DNA from: Lama glama
Lineage: Eukaryota
DNA: 64,000 nucleotides
NCBI GenBank assembly: GCA_028534125.1
Contig: CM052817.1
Location: 97,032,001 to 97,096,000 of the forward strand
Direction of reading: 5' to 3'
The notes below the pieces were generated by a model, which was not told the DNA's origin, did not search any database, and saw nothing but the letters and a program-made list of their open reading frames with translations. Numbering within the stretch: the first letter of the stretch is position 1; every line of letters begins with the position of its first letter. Shown piece by piece: positions 24,266 through 36,972 of the stretch. Position numbers and translations under genes: made by a program.

Positions 24266-27200
24266 CTAGAGAAATTTTCTAATTTGTTTGAACAATGAGA
24301 TGCTATTAATACTGTCATTTAAAATGGGCCCAGTGTTTCCATAAGTCTCAGTTTTGTTAAATGATTTCCTAGCCATTGATTACCAAACAAGGAAAGAAAC
24401 CTGTGAAATTTAAAATGGTTGAAACATGTTTCAGTGCACTACGTTTTATTTCAAGGTAGGGGCTCAGTAAACAGGATGCCCGTGAGCCGTGTCTGTGATC
24501 GACAGGAACACGGCTCTCGGTGATACTGGGGACGGATCCTTTAAGTAACGTGTGGCAGGTGGGCAGTGTTCTGACGAATGTGCCGTGTGGTGAGATAATT
24601 CTCGAAAGTGGAATTGTTTTGAGTCAGCGCGTTCTTATTTGTCACAGTGTAAACAGAAACAGAATTCTTTCCTCGTAGGTAATATATTTCAACTTAATCT
24701 CGCATCTTTCAGCATTTTGGTTTGTTCCCCCCCGTGTGCCTCAGAGAGCTGGGGCCTCAGGTCTGAGGTATCACGTCTGGAGTCAAGGAATAGAATGACA
24801 CTTTCCTTTTGGTGCCACATTGGATTTCTATCCAGACATAATGTGGCTGTTTCCTCTGAAGCCTGACAATTGCTTTGCTCCTCACTTCAGGATCTGTCAT
24901 TCTAGCTCATAACTCTTTAAACTCTCCGACTTTCAACACTTCTGTCCTGCATTCCAAGTTATTAGAACCAGTCACTCCTCCTCTTAGCCAACATCTCTGT
25001 TTGCTGCTCTATGTGCACCTTGGTTAAGAATATCCCACCATCTACCTGTAGTAAGTATTATTTCCACGTATGAATGGAAACCCTTAGAAGAAAACAAAAA
25101 GGGACTAGAAAGCACAAGGAATGTCATCAGGTTCAGCGTCTGGTTGGGAGCATTGTAAGTATATTAAGTCCTTATTCGCTACAGTTGTTTTTGGCCTTCA
25201 TGGAATCCCTGTCCTGGTTGTTGACACTGTATTGTAATTGGTCTGTCATTTACTCTTTATGCCTGGAGTGGCAGCTTTCCTGCTCATTGTGTCGTCCACA
25301 GCATGTACAAGGGCCTCTTGACTACTTCTCAGGTCCATTCATCCTTTTCCCTTCCTTTTGGTTATTCTGTCTCATCCTCTGTCTTCTGACACATCTTTGT
25401 GGGCAGCTCCTGCCTATCTTCAGTCTGTTTTCCACCCAGCAGTCAGTGTTGATGTGCACCGTTAATCTGATCACGGCAACCCGTTGCTAAAACCTTTCAG
25501 TGACACTGCTGATCAGCGGTCCCTTAGCCTGGCCAGGGAGGCCCTCTGTGGCTGAACCCCAGGCTGCATCACCAGCTGGTTTACAGGACCCGTAAAGAGG
25601 CTGATCCCGGCTCCTCCACGTGTGCTTGTCCCTGGTTTGTGCCTTGTCAGTCCCGGGGACGACTCTGGCCCTGTGGCTCCTTGACGGCTCACTCATCCTT
25701 GAAGCCTCAGATGAAATGTCCCTTCCCCAGGGAAGTCTCACTTCAGGGTTACGTCAGGCTTTCTTGCTCCCTTAGCCCCTTGAAATCCTGAATTGCTTCT
25801 AAAGAGACTGGTGGCTGACTTGGCTCACTTGACCACAGTAATTTAGCACATTTGAAATTGAATGCTTCTGGATTTGGGCATCCACCTTCTGATATCATCG
25901 TCACTTCCTCTTTCCCTTCTAGGTGGCTGGCTCGGCTCATTTACCCTTCCCTGACTCCCTGCAGCGCTGTGTAGTGGTAATGAATGGACTACTTGTAATT
26001 TGTTTACCTTCCGCTTGCTTTGCTAGATAGTCAGCCCTTCGTGGGCTGTATGCTCAGCCCTGTGCCCAGCACATAGTAAGATATTCAATAATTCCTGACC
26101 TTCTGGCACATGACCTAAAGCCGAGTAAATAGTCATTCAAAGTTTGTTGAATTGAAAGTTTGTAAACCTTGTGTTTGTATTCCCATGACAGACTTGGCCA
26201 TTTTTGGCCTTGGGTCCCGTATTCTTTGCTAGTTTGGCCATTCCTGGATTAGAAAATTATCAGCTTTCTCTTAGGTATTTGCTATAGCATCTTATTGCAC
26301 ATTTTATACTTTAGTTCACTTAATTACATATTAAATGTTTCACTACATAGAATTTTTAGAGAGGTCTTTCGATGCTTTTTTATTCTTTACAGGAATGGAG
26401 CACTCATTCCGTCCTGAGACCCCCGTGTGTAAATATTGTTTTATCACATAACGGATGTAAAGAAAAACATTCATGCCATCTGAAGTTTTCCCTCACAATT
26501 GTAATTAACTCCCCTGAGCACAGTGTGGGTTGCTAAGAATAAGGGCCAAAATCTTCACGTCCCAGTCGAGGAACTTCTTAAAACAGCCTGCTTTTCTGGG
26601 CAGCTTGCCTTGATTCTTGCTCCAAAAGGATGCTGTGCATAGCAGAGCGAGAGGAGGTGGAACCGTGGTTGTGAGCTCCGTGGTGCCAAGGTGATGGCAG
26701 AGCTGGGTTCACGTATGAATGTCTGGGGTAGTCAGGAAACATCCATTTTATTGTTTGCGAGTGGAGTTGGGGCATTACAAATGGTTTCCCCTCGTCGCGC
26801 GCCCCTTCCCCCCAAGTTCATGGTCTGGAGAAAATGGTGGTAGCCAAGAGCCTGTCAGTTGCAGCTCTAGGTACTTTGTCATGAACTTGAAGCAGGGAAC
26901 TTCTGCTTCGGCTTTATAACCATGAGGCAGAGAGAAAGCACAGTGCCCGTGGGAGTGAGTGTTGGGCACGGCGCTTTTGGAGTACTGCATGCTTTACAGC
27001 ATTTTATAAAAATTGTAGTGATTATTGAATTACTCTTGATTGCTGCCACTTGCCTTATGGTAAAAGATTATCCAGTAGTTGAAAACGAGGTGAAACACTA
27101 TGACAGGAGTGATAACTTTAAAATGTATATCCAGTATGAAACAGGAATGAGTATTTACTTTCCATTTCAGCCATCTGTTTTCATTTCCAGTTTCTGTGGT

Positions 27201-27311
27201 TTAGAGTATTCTACCTTTGAACCCCTTGCCAGAAAAGTTCATTTTTAATACTTTTGATCAGATGTGCAAAATGTTTAATTTGAGAAATCACCAGTTTAAG
27301 AAGGATCATTA

Positions 27312-27450
27312 TTTTAAAAATTTTATTTATTTTTTTGGCCGGGGGATAGTTAGGTTTACTTATTTATTTTCAGAGGAGGCACTGGGGATTGAACCCAGGA
27401 CCCTGTATATGCTAAGCATGCGCTCCACCACTCGATCTATGCCCTTCCCC
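27312..27450 (-). mobile_element. tRNA-derived camelid-type SINE (Vic-1-like)
   Basis: ctggggattgaacccaggaccctgtatatgctaagcatgcgctccaccact. Confidence 0.9.
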
Positions 27451-27947
27451 ACATGAGGGATTATTAATGCCTTTTTAACCTAGTATTCCTTCCCAGTGTT
27501 GAGAGTTTTCTGGCAGAATCTCTAAATGTCTAAATAAACTGAACTGAGGAAGATGGACATGTGACCCTGAGGACCAACACAGGGCTCAATGCAAATACGA
27601 AGGCAACGCCCCGAGCGGTTAACAGTGCTGCCTTCTTGGGAGTGCAGTTTGGATGGGGTGAAAAATGACTTTCTGGCTTTACTCTGTCCATGCCTGGGTA
27701 ACAGGTAAACATTGTATCTCTTTGATAAATAAAAAGTTAATCATCTCTACCCACTTCATGCCCGTTAGGATGGCTACTTTAAAAAAAAAAAACGAGAAAA
27801 AGAAGAAATAGCCCGTGTTGGTGAGGATATGGAAAAATTGGAGCCCTACGCACTGTTAGCAGGAGCACACAGCAGGGCAGCTGCTGTGGAGGCAGTGTGG
27901 CAGTTTCTCAAAAACTTACCGATAAAATGACCATTTGACCCCCCTCT

Positions 27948-28761
27948 TGTGAGATAGAACTATTTCTCCGTACTCACAGAATACTTCTGTCCTCCAGATG
28001 TGTGGGTTTCTCTATACTAAGCAGTTCTCCAGTTCCCTGTGGACACCAGGTGTCCTACGATTTAACTCAGTTTTGGGACTAACTAGAGTTAGTGAAGACC
28101 CCACAGAGTAAAGGCTCCGTCCCAGAAGACTGCTCCCTCCCACTTTGGATACCAGTCATAAGACCAGGTTGTCACCTGTGCTTTTGACTATAAATCAGGT
28201 GTTCCCATGACCCTCTTGAGTTTGGTAAATTGCTAGGATGTCTCACAGAACTCTGGAAAACAGTTTACTTACTGTTGCTGATTTATTACAAAGGATGCTT
28301 TAATGGAAACAAATGAACAGCCAGATGAAGAGATGAAGAGGGCAAAGGATGGAGGAAGGGGCTTGGAGCTTCTGTGTCTTCTCTGAGTGCACTGCCTCCC
28401 AGCATCTCCATGTGCTCACCAACCTGCAAGCTCTCTGAACCCCAGGGATATTTATGGAGGCTTCATTGTGTAGGAATGATTGATGAAGTCATTGAGCATT
28501 TGGTGTTTGAAGCTAATCTCCAGCCTGCTCCCCTCCTGGGAGGTGAATGGGGTGGGGGAGAGTGTGGAGCTGAAAGTTCTAATCCTTTAATCATGAGGTT
28601 GGTTCCCCTGGCAGCCAGCCCCCATCCTGGCTCTCCAGGAACCCCCAGCCCCATTGTCTCATTAGTATATAAATTGATACCATTACAGAGAGTGTAAGGA
28701 TTTTAGGAGCTGTGTACCAGGAAGTCAGGTCAGAGACCAAACATGTATTTGTTATGTCACA
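27948..28761 (-). mobile_element. MER21-like solo LTR
   Basis: Minus strand begins tgtgacataacaaatacatgtttggtctctg..cctggtacacagctcctaaaatcc, like the MER21 5' end. Confidence 0.75.
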
Positions 28762-28784
28762 TCCAAAAGTTCCACTTCTCGGTA

Positions 28785-29162
28785 TGTGAATGAACAATAT
28801 TGCCTGCCATATCAGTAAACAAAGGATGCTCTGGCCATCAAGTCATCATCTGCTACCGCCACCCCCGATGGTGAGCAGAGGGAACTCAGGATGAGGAAGG
28901 CACAGGATACTGGCCCTGGATAGCCAAGGTGCATATGAAAGGAGTGATTTCAGTGAGCTCAGACTTCTGTAATCTTTTGATGTTCTGACTACCTGGTCTT
29001 TATTGCAAAAACTCAGATATATCCTGCCTCCTCCCTTGCCTCTTTGGAGCAGTCCCACAGCACTATCTGAGAGGCTGCCTCCCAGGCTCAAGTACTCACA
29101 AAGGCCGCTGAATAAAACATAACTCTCAACTTTGAGGTTGTACATATTTTTTTCAGTCAACA
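28785..29162 (+). mobile_element. Solo ERV1-class LTR (MER41-like), 378 bp, sense to the gene
   Basis: TG...CA ends, perfect 4-bp TSD GGTA (28781-28784 and 29163-29166), TATA-like element near 29017, AATAAA at 29111-29116. Confidence 0.8.
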
Positions 29163-29769
29163 GGTATATGCCTGAAAGAATTGTAAGCAAGGTCTTGCGG
29201 AGGTATTCATACACCTATGTTAGTAGCAACATTGTTTATGGTAATCAAAAGGTAGAAATCACCCAAGTGTCCACTGATGGATGAATGGATAAACAAAATG
29301 TGGTGTATACATACAATGAAAACTATTCAGCCTTAAAAAGGAAAGGAATTCTGACACACGCTGTAACGGATGAAAGTGGAGGGGATTATACCAAGTGAAG
29401 TAAACCAGTCTCAGAAGGACAAGTGCTGTAAGAGGAGTTAGCTAGGGTAATCAGATTCCTAGAGACAGAAAGTAAGAGGTGGTTGCCGGGCTGGGAGGAG
29501 GGGAAACAGTTGTTGTTCATTGGATATGAGAGTTTCAGTTTTACAAGAGGAAGCGTTCTGGAGATTGGTTGCCCAATGGAATGACAGTATTCGATACTGC
29601 TGAACTGTGTAGTTCAAAATGGTGACAATGGTAAACTTTGTCCTGTGTATTTTATCACAATTAAAAATTTAAAGCAAGCAACTTAATTACCACCATAAAA
29701 CATGAGAGAGAAAAGGAGGTTTGTTTCCAGCAACCAAGGGTAACTTGATCTGTTCCTGGTGTCTTTCAG

Positions 29770-29851
29770 GCCCGGTGTTTCCTTGACCATGCAGGCGTTC
29801 TCCGAGGAGGAACGGAAGCAGTGGTTGGAAGCTCTGGGTGGAAAAGAAGCT
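29770..29851 (+). CDS. ARHGAP10: ARHGAP10 coding exon, PH C-terminal helix (PGVSLTMQAFSEEERKQWLEALGGKEA), 82 nt
   Basis: Acceptor tctttcag|G, donor GCT|gtaaga. QA.SEEE..W..A is the PH terminal helix. Phase matches the previous exon across a 23-kb intron. Confidence 0.95.
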
Positions 29852-31789
29852 GTAAGAATAACTGATGGTTGAGTTTTCCTTCAGATCCTTTAGAGTGGAC
29901 TTGTGTTCATTTTCCTGTTATTTTTGCTTTATAGTAGTTGAAAAAAATTCCCTGCTGAAGCTGGTGTCTGAATTCCTCTTGGAAGCATCCAATATCCTAG
30001 TAATTTGGCTTGAGGTCTCAGCGGCACGTGGAAGGCTGCTGTATCGTTAGTTTTTATTTTTGATTTCTCTTGACTTTGCCGCTTTGATTTGCTTTGCTTG
30101 AGGAAGTCATCCACATTCTCAATTTCTTCCTTCCTGCCTGACAGTACTTTGGGTGATGAAGGCAGTAAATGCTTGCAGTTCGCTTTGATTCTCAGAGGAG
30201 GTGGAGCCGTACCTGTGCGGCTGTGCTGGCGGTGGTACACGTGACCGCTGTGCTAATGTTGCCTGATTGAACAATTTATGGTTTAGCCTCAGGGCTCGCA
30301 GTCTGCAGTATTATGTAGCCTTGGTGAATGGGCCTCTGTCTTCTGACTGGTTTGAGGAATAAATTAAAGGCGATGATGGAGACCCAGAGGCAGTCTGTTT
30401 GCCACTTTATTCAAGTACTGCTTTCGTTTCAGTGGACCAGTGGCATCTGGGAGTTGAGAATTTGGCAGATCACGTATTGAATGGGGAGCTTAGTGAGGAT
30501 AATTATAGAAAACACCGTTTTAAACCAATTTAAATAAACTCTGCTTAAAGTATTATGACTCTAAGTAAACAGCCAGTGCAGGTACCAGGTGGGCTCATCC
30601 GGAAAGCATTTGCCATTTTAGCCAGATTTAAAGAGAGGGAAAGAGTCTGGTTTGCGAAATAGAAGAGGGGTCATATATAGTTTAAAAAAAAAAAAGGAGG
30701 TGGGGTGGTGTCAGAACTGAGCTTAAGAAATGGGCAAAAGATAATGTTATCTGGTGGTAACAGGGAGGACACTGAGAATAGAGGGAATAGGGCACGGGGG
30801 CTGGGCAGCAGCCTTGGTGTGGTGTTTGACAAACGGAAGCCCAAGTTACATTCTCCTATATAGGATCTGTTTTTAAAATATGCATCATCCTTGGAGGAAG
30901 AAAGCAGTGATCAGATTTGTGTATCGCTTTATTATACTCGATCTACGTTTAGTCTCTGTGGTTTTAGTTCTGTCTCTTTATTCTTAATTTGTCCTTGAAA
31001 TTTTTAGCTGGCAGTCAAGAGGATTTACAGCATTGATGGTTGCTGAGATCCAGAACAGGTTATCCTAATCCTCTCCAGCAAAGGCAATGCACTGATCAGG
31101 ACTTATCCCCCCAGAGATACAAGAAGGGCTTTGGAAAGTTGAGTTTGCATATCTGCAGAGCAAAATGACCACGTGACTAAGTCATGTAGCCATAAGTCTG
31201 TTGCCAAAGGCAATGTAACCTTGAAGACATACAAACCTCTCCTTTAGAGTAAAAAGCCAAGTAATTAATTTGCAATATACAAACACAAGTCTGCACAAAG
31301 AAAATATTCAGCTATGTGTTTATGTGGGGACTTTTAAGGTACCATGTATTTTTTCCAGTTGATTATGTAGCTTGCAAATAATGGGGCAGTGCTAGAATTC
31401 TAAGAGGCAGCCCGGAATCACCTCAGGGTTTCAGATGTGGTCATTCAGATTATGTGCAGGAGTCACGTCTTTCTTAAGGAAATACTAGATTTTAGAAATA
31501 GTGGCGAAAAACTGGGCTTCACCGTATTGGTTAGAACGCAATCTCTGAGCATTTCAAATTTACCTTTCAGTCCTAACCCCCTTTCATCTTATTTTGGCTA
31601 CTTTGGCATGCCTCCATGAGAGACAAAGTAGACTCAGAGTGCTCCTTTTTGTTACCTGTCTTTGCATTTGAGCACATGAAAGGGCTTAACCAGTATCAGT
31701 GTATTTTTTGTACAGTCCTAGGTATGTCTACTGGAACCATTTTTATTGATTTGTTAAAAATGCTGTTTCCCTTTTTTCTCTTTTACTAG

Positions 31790-31835
31790 GTGTTCTATAG
31801 TTTTAATAGAGCCATCATCCCAAGACCAGAAGGAA
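31790..31835 (+). CDS. ARHGAP10: ARHGAP10 short coding exon, PH-GAP linker (VFYSFNRAIIPRPEG), 46 nt
   Basis: Long pyrimidine tract then ttactag|GTG, donor GGAA|gtaagt. Keeps frame between the flanking exons. Confidence 0.9.
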
Positions 31836-32652
31836 GTAAGTGCTAGTTTATTAAAATTGTTGTCTCCCTTTCCCACGAACTACTGTTTTTATTTCTGATG
31901 TCAGCCTGTCGCTCTGCACCGTATGTTAGTTCTCTAAGTAGTAGATGTGTTCTGTCTTATCCACTGAGAACTTCCTCTAGTTTCCCTCAGCTGCTGGGAC
32001 CTTCATTGATCTGTCCCAGCTCTGAGACTTCCCCCTGCCCCCATAGTCTTTCTCTACAAAAACCAAAATACGTTTTTTATAGTTCACTTTGATGTTATTC
32101 TTACAGCCATAAATGAACACATACGAGTTTCAGGAATGCAACTTTCAACTTCCTAAGGTTTGAACTCCTGTGGGTAGGAACTGTTAATCAGGTTGCCTGT
32201 TCCCAACCCCCCTTACCTCCGCCCTGATGTCCTTTATCCTTAACGTCTTTGGAGTATAGTCTGCACCAATAGTACCACATTGCACCGTGGAAAATAACAC
32301 GCAACAGCAGCCAGGAGCCTTCAGATATTCTGGGACAGTGCTCTTCACCTGGCGTTGACGTGAAGTACTACCTAGCTTTACACTTTGACTGATTTTTACT
32401 GAGATGAAATGAAAATGTGATCAAATTTGCTGCATTCTTTACAAATCTACTTTTAATGGCTTTGGAGGAATTAAGCTCTGTTTGTCAGATGCCCACAGTT
32501 TGGAAACATGGTTACATAACATGATTTCAAAATGATCACGATGTTTGTGTCACTTGAGCCAACCCTGGAATGGAGGATGTCTCCTCTAGCCCGGCCCTGG
32601 AAATTGACCAGATGCCACGGGAAGTTGTCCGTCTACAGAAGCACCTGCCTGA

Positions 32653-32736
32653 CCTTTCCCCTCTTGTCTTTCTCTTCTTCCTTTTTCCTTTTCTTTTGCT
32701 TTCTTCTTTTCTTCTTCTTTCTTCCCTTTTTTTTCT
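32653..32736 (+). repeat. ~84-nt CT-rich polypyrimidine low-complexity tract
   Basis: Almost pure C/T run seen directly. Confidence 0.85.
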
Positions 32737-33585
32737 GGTTTTTATAGAGATATGAAGTCATGCCATATTTTAGAAAAGTAGTTTTGTGAAGCAGAAAGAA
32801 ACGCTTGCATCTTATAAAATGTTGTGAATAGTGGACCCTTAAAAAGTAAACTGCAGCCCAGTTTTTTTCATTAATATACTCTTCAAGCTCAGCTTTAAGT
32901 CTGTAAAGTTTATGTTCATGAATTGTTCATGCTCTCCCCTCTGAGAACCAAGAGTTACAATTACTGCTCCTTAAATACAGAATGAAGCATTCACCTTCCC
33001 TGATTTCAGTTTTGCAAGAAGAGTTGCCTTGTATTAGGATACTCAAATAGTTGGTCAGATTTGACTAATTATGGTCAAATGTTTATGTTAGAAAAAATAT
33101 ATAAAATTATATTTTCAAAATAATCTTTTTTTGCTACATGAATCTGTAATAAATTCATTAGGAATAATAAAATACTATTTTAAACACTTAGAGCATGGTA
33201 TAAAATATGAAAAAAATTTCAAGCTCGTGGCCCAAATATTATTTTTTAAGAGTTTCTTAACTTTTTTTTTCTTTAGGTTTTTTCTCTAGGTTTAAAAAAA
33301 AAAGTTCGTTATTTCTTTAGCTGTTAATTAATTTAAGAACTTTCACTCATATATATAATTAAGAAAAAACTTAGCTGTTGTTGGAATTTGGGCAAAATGT
33401 TAACTATTTTTAGATAGCTTCCCCTAAAGACTTGTATCACTTTCTTTCCATTATTTAAAATATCATATTTATTAACTTAAAAGTTATGTTAAATTGTTAA
33501 TTTATTTATAAATACTGGTAATAGATGTCCAGATATTCCAGTAGATGTGCCTCTTAATATAGGAAATTCTCATTTATGTTATTTA

Positions 33586-33735
33586 TTTTTATTTTATTTT
33601 TATTTATTTATTTATTTTTTTGATTTTTTTTAATATTTTTATTGATTCATAATCATTTTACAGTGTTGTGTCAAATTCCAGTGTTCAGTACAATTTTTCA
33701 GTCATACATGGACATATACACACTCATTGTCACAT
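33586..33735 (-). mobile_element. 5'-truncated young L1 3' end with (TTTA)n tail and 16-bp TSD
   Basis: TSD tcatttatgttattta at 33570-33585 and 33736-33751. Confidence 0.85.
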
Positions 33736-33910
33736 TCATTTATGTTATTTAAACAGGGAATATCTGGCCTTTAGCTTTCTCTCTTCTTTTTTTTTTTAAA
33801 GAGTGAAATAAAAATTAGATTGGACTTAAGTAATATTGTCCTATTTTTATAACGGAGAGAATTATGGGTAATTAGTTATGCCTTTAATATTTTATAACTG
33901 TTTCTTTCAG

Positions 33911-33976
33911 GTGCACAGTTGGATAAAATGGGATTCACAATTCTTAGAAAATGCATCAGTGCAGTTGAAGCACGAG
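33911..33976 (+). CDS. ARHGAP10: ARHGAP10 coding exon, start of RhoGAP (SAQLDKMGFTILRKCISAVEAR), 66 nt
   Basis: Acceptor tttctttcag|GT, donor CGAG|gtaaca. Phase 1 at both ends. Confidence 0.95.
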
Positions 33977-34294
33977 GTAACATGATTGAATCATTTTATT
34001 CATGACAGGCGATAGGTATGTAAAATCTAAGGGTCATTTAGAATGCTTATTGCATGGTCAAGTTTGTAGAATAAAATACGTTAATGCAAAATGCACATTC
34101 TAGAGATTCAGTTGTTCATTTACTCTGACAGGATGGGATTTTCCTTTTTATTTGCATGTTTCTCCCTTGCACTGAAATGTGAAGTCAGTGCTCGGATGAG
34201 AATCATGAGAAGAATCAGCAGTGTTGGACGACCAATCTTAATCACTTCTTGTTCACACGCTAGTAAGATATTTCCATCTTCATTGTCCTGTTTA

Positions 34295-35010
34295 AAAATC
34301 AGTGTCATTGAGATGTAATTTACATATGGTGAAGTTTGCTGATTTTAACTGTACAGATTGATGAGTTTTGACAAGTGGTGTAGTTGTGACTGCCACCACA
34401 GCCACCAGAGATTTCTGTCACCTGCTTTCCCTCCCCCAATTCCTTTGTGCCCCTTTGCAGTCAGTCTCCTTTCCCAGCTTCGTCCTTGGCAACTCTTGAG
34501 CTGCTTTTCATCACATTAGCTCTGTCTTCCCTGCCCCACCCCCAGCATTTTAAATGAAGGGAATTATGCAGAATTAGACTTTTGAGTGTGGCCTCTTTAT
34601 AATGCTTTTTTTTTTTGGGGTATTTATTTTTATTGAAGTATAGTCAGTTTACAATGTTGTGTCAGTTTCTGGTGTACAGCACAATGCTTCAGTCATATAG
34701 GAACATACACATACTTGTTTTCATCTTCTTTTCACCGTAAGTTACTATAAGATATTGAATATAGTTCCCTGTGCTATACAGTATAAACTTGTTGTTTATC
34801 TGTTTTGTATATAGTAGTTAGTATCTGCAAATCTCAAACTCCCAGTTTATCCCTTCCCCCCCTTCCCTGAGCATAAGGCTTTTGAAACTCATCTTGTCGC
34901 ATGTATCCTTAGCTCTTTTTTTTTTTTTTTTGCTAGGTGGTGTTTCATTATATGGATATACTGCACTTTGTTTATTCATCTGCCTGTTGATAATATTTGG
35001 GTTGTTTCCA
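34295..35010 (-). mobile_element. Old L1M 3' end containing a younger L1 3' end (about 34607-34866)
   Basis: attgagatgtaatttacatatgg..gtttattcatctgcctgttgat. Inner copy tattgaagtatagtcagtttacaatgttgtgtc..gtatctgcaaatctcaaactccc. Confidence 0.8.
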
Positions 35011-36217
35011 TTTTAATTGAAGGAAAGATAGTCTCTCCCTGTTGTTCTCCTGACCAAAAGCTCTTTTCTTTAGTATCCCCAAGGAAAACCAGGCCCCTGG
35101 TGCTTTTATAGCCATGCCAGCAGACTGCGGAGAAACTAAATATTGAACATTACAAAACAGGCTCTTTCTGGAGGTTGGAGTTCTCTTTGTTTACAGCCTA
35201 GTGAAGTATGGATAAATTGAATTTTTAATTCACTCTCATCTATTGTATCTCCCAGACCTACTCTGGATGACTTAGCAGGGTGAAGCATTGCACTCATGTT
35301 TTCTGTCAAAACAGGGTCTTTGTTATAAAGCCAGGACTGCCACCTGTGAAATTAGAGGGATGGATAACAGATGAATATGAGCTGTTTTATGATTTGGGGA
35401 TTTGCCCATCGTTAATAAAAACCCAAGCCACAGAAAGCTTTTCTCCCGTTCTCTCTTACAGTAGTAATTCAGATGGTGACGGATTTTCAGTCATTTCAAG
35501 TACACTGAGGTTGAGCTGACAAATTTCGTCTTTTTCCTAGTGCTTCAAAAATGTCCAGAGTTGAGGAAAAAAGTACTGTGGTTTTTGTATCCCTCACTTC
35601 ATCATTCATGTTTCTCTTTTCCCCAAGCTTCTTAAGAACCTTAATTGTATCGCTTGCATGCTTGTTATTTTGGTAAATAAAATCCTTTCCCCAAAGGGTA
35701 TAAATTATACGTACTTCTGCCTGAGCAGATAAGAATCTATCTAGAATGCTTTTTGATTGGTACGTGTAGTTTTATGGAGTGTTGTGTACATTGAATGGAA
35801 TATGTGTAGTAGGATCTGCATATATTGAACGTATTTTCACTGTAAATAAATTGTTGGAGGTTTTTAACGGAAGACCGAGTCTACACATTTTAAGTTGGAT
35901 TTTCCCATTTGAAAATTTTACAAAAAGGTTTATGTTTGTTCCTTTCAAATCTTTTGTTCCTGAAGGTCTTCCATTACTAAAGCCTTTTGTCTTTAATGGA
36001 GTAGGAGACTAAAAATAGAGTTAAAAGAATCCACTGTCAGGTCATGTTAGTCAATATCATGGGGAACTTTGTAGACTCTCTGAGGCTTTTATCCTAAATT
36101 TGGAGGTTCCCTCAGGGAATATTGCTCTGAATGATTTCCCCCAAATCAGCTATCACTGCTGCTGATCTTTTTTTTTTAAATGCTACAGACGTTGTTGGCT
36201 CACGTAGTTTTTTCATC

Positions 36218-36560
36218 AGTCAGGATAAAAGCTAGTTTATGTTCATATTACGGGAAATCTGAAATTCTCTGTAGCTTAAAATAACAAGACTTACTTCTCA
36301 CTGAGGTGTTGCTAGGGGGCTTTGCCCATCGCTGGATACCTGGGCTCCCGGGTTCTTGCCTGCCTTGCCGGAGGGCAGCAGCTCTCGGGGGCTTTGGACC
36401 TGCCAGTGGGTGCTCTGGCCTTGAAGTGAGTTTCATTTGCTCACAGCTAATGGGTCAGAAAGAGCCACATAGCCCCACTCAGCCCCAAAGAGTCTACATA
36501 GCACAACCCTACCGGGAGCCTGGAGAGCACGCAGAGGGCCAGAACTAATGCTATTGGTGA
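36218..36560 (-). mobile_element. MaLR LTR (MLT1K/L-like) remnant
   Basis: agtcaggataaaagctag..gcttaaaataacaagacttacttctcac..gctcacagctaatgggtcagaa. Confidence 0.5.
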
Positions 36561-36847
36561 ATAGCATCAGTGACTGCTGCCTGTGACTCCTGGGTCTACA
36601 TGCCTCGTGTCCAGAGGCATCTGATGAGATCTGATTGAAGAGTTATTTTCTAATCACTTTTTTCCCAGCATTCTAACCATGACTCTCACTGTCTGTAAAC
36701 TACCATTTCACATGTTTTCATTAAAAGTTAGTGCAACTTTTACCTAGCCATGTTTTTTTAAAAAATGACATTTGATATTTTTATCAGCTTTATTTGTGAC
36801 ATCACTTTAGTATTTGCCAAGCATCAGACAAGTGTCTAACATTTACT

Positions 36848-36972
36848 TTTTTTATTTTTAATTTTTTTGTTGAAGTATAGTCAGTTTACAATGTTGTGTC
36901 AATTTCTGGTGTACAGCACAATGTTTCAGTCATACATGAACATACATATATTCATTTTTTAATTTTTTATTT
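36848..36972 (-). mobile_element. Short young L1 3' end
   Basis: tgaagtatagtcagtttacaatgttgtgtcaatttctggtgtacagc. TSD tgtctaacatttact / tgtctaccgtttact (2 mismatches). Confidence 0.85.

Larger units (their letters stand above)
27749..29675 (+). mobile_element. L1 (L1MA/MB-like) 3' region split into three pieces by two LTRs
   Basis: cccacttcatgcccgttaggatggct..gacc | tccaaaagttccacttctcggta | tatgcctgaaagaattg..gatgaatggataaacaaaatgtgg..tatcacaattaaaaa. Confidence 0.85.

Noticed and set aside
28785..29162. Interferon-inducible (STAT1/GAS) MER41-type enhancer
   Set aside because: I found no TTCnnnGAA motif in this copy, which looks internally shortened.
31795..31801. Alternative acceptor ctatAG inside the 46-nt exon
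   Set aside because: Would remove 11 nt and shift frame. The first AG after the pyrimidine tract fits the frame.
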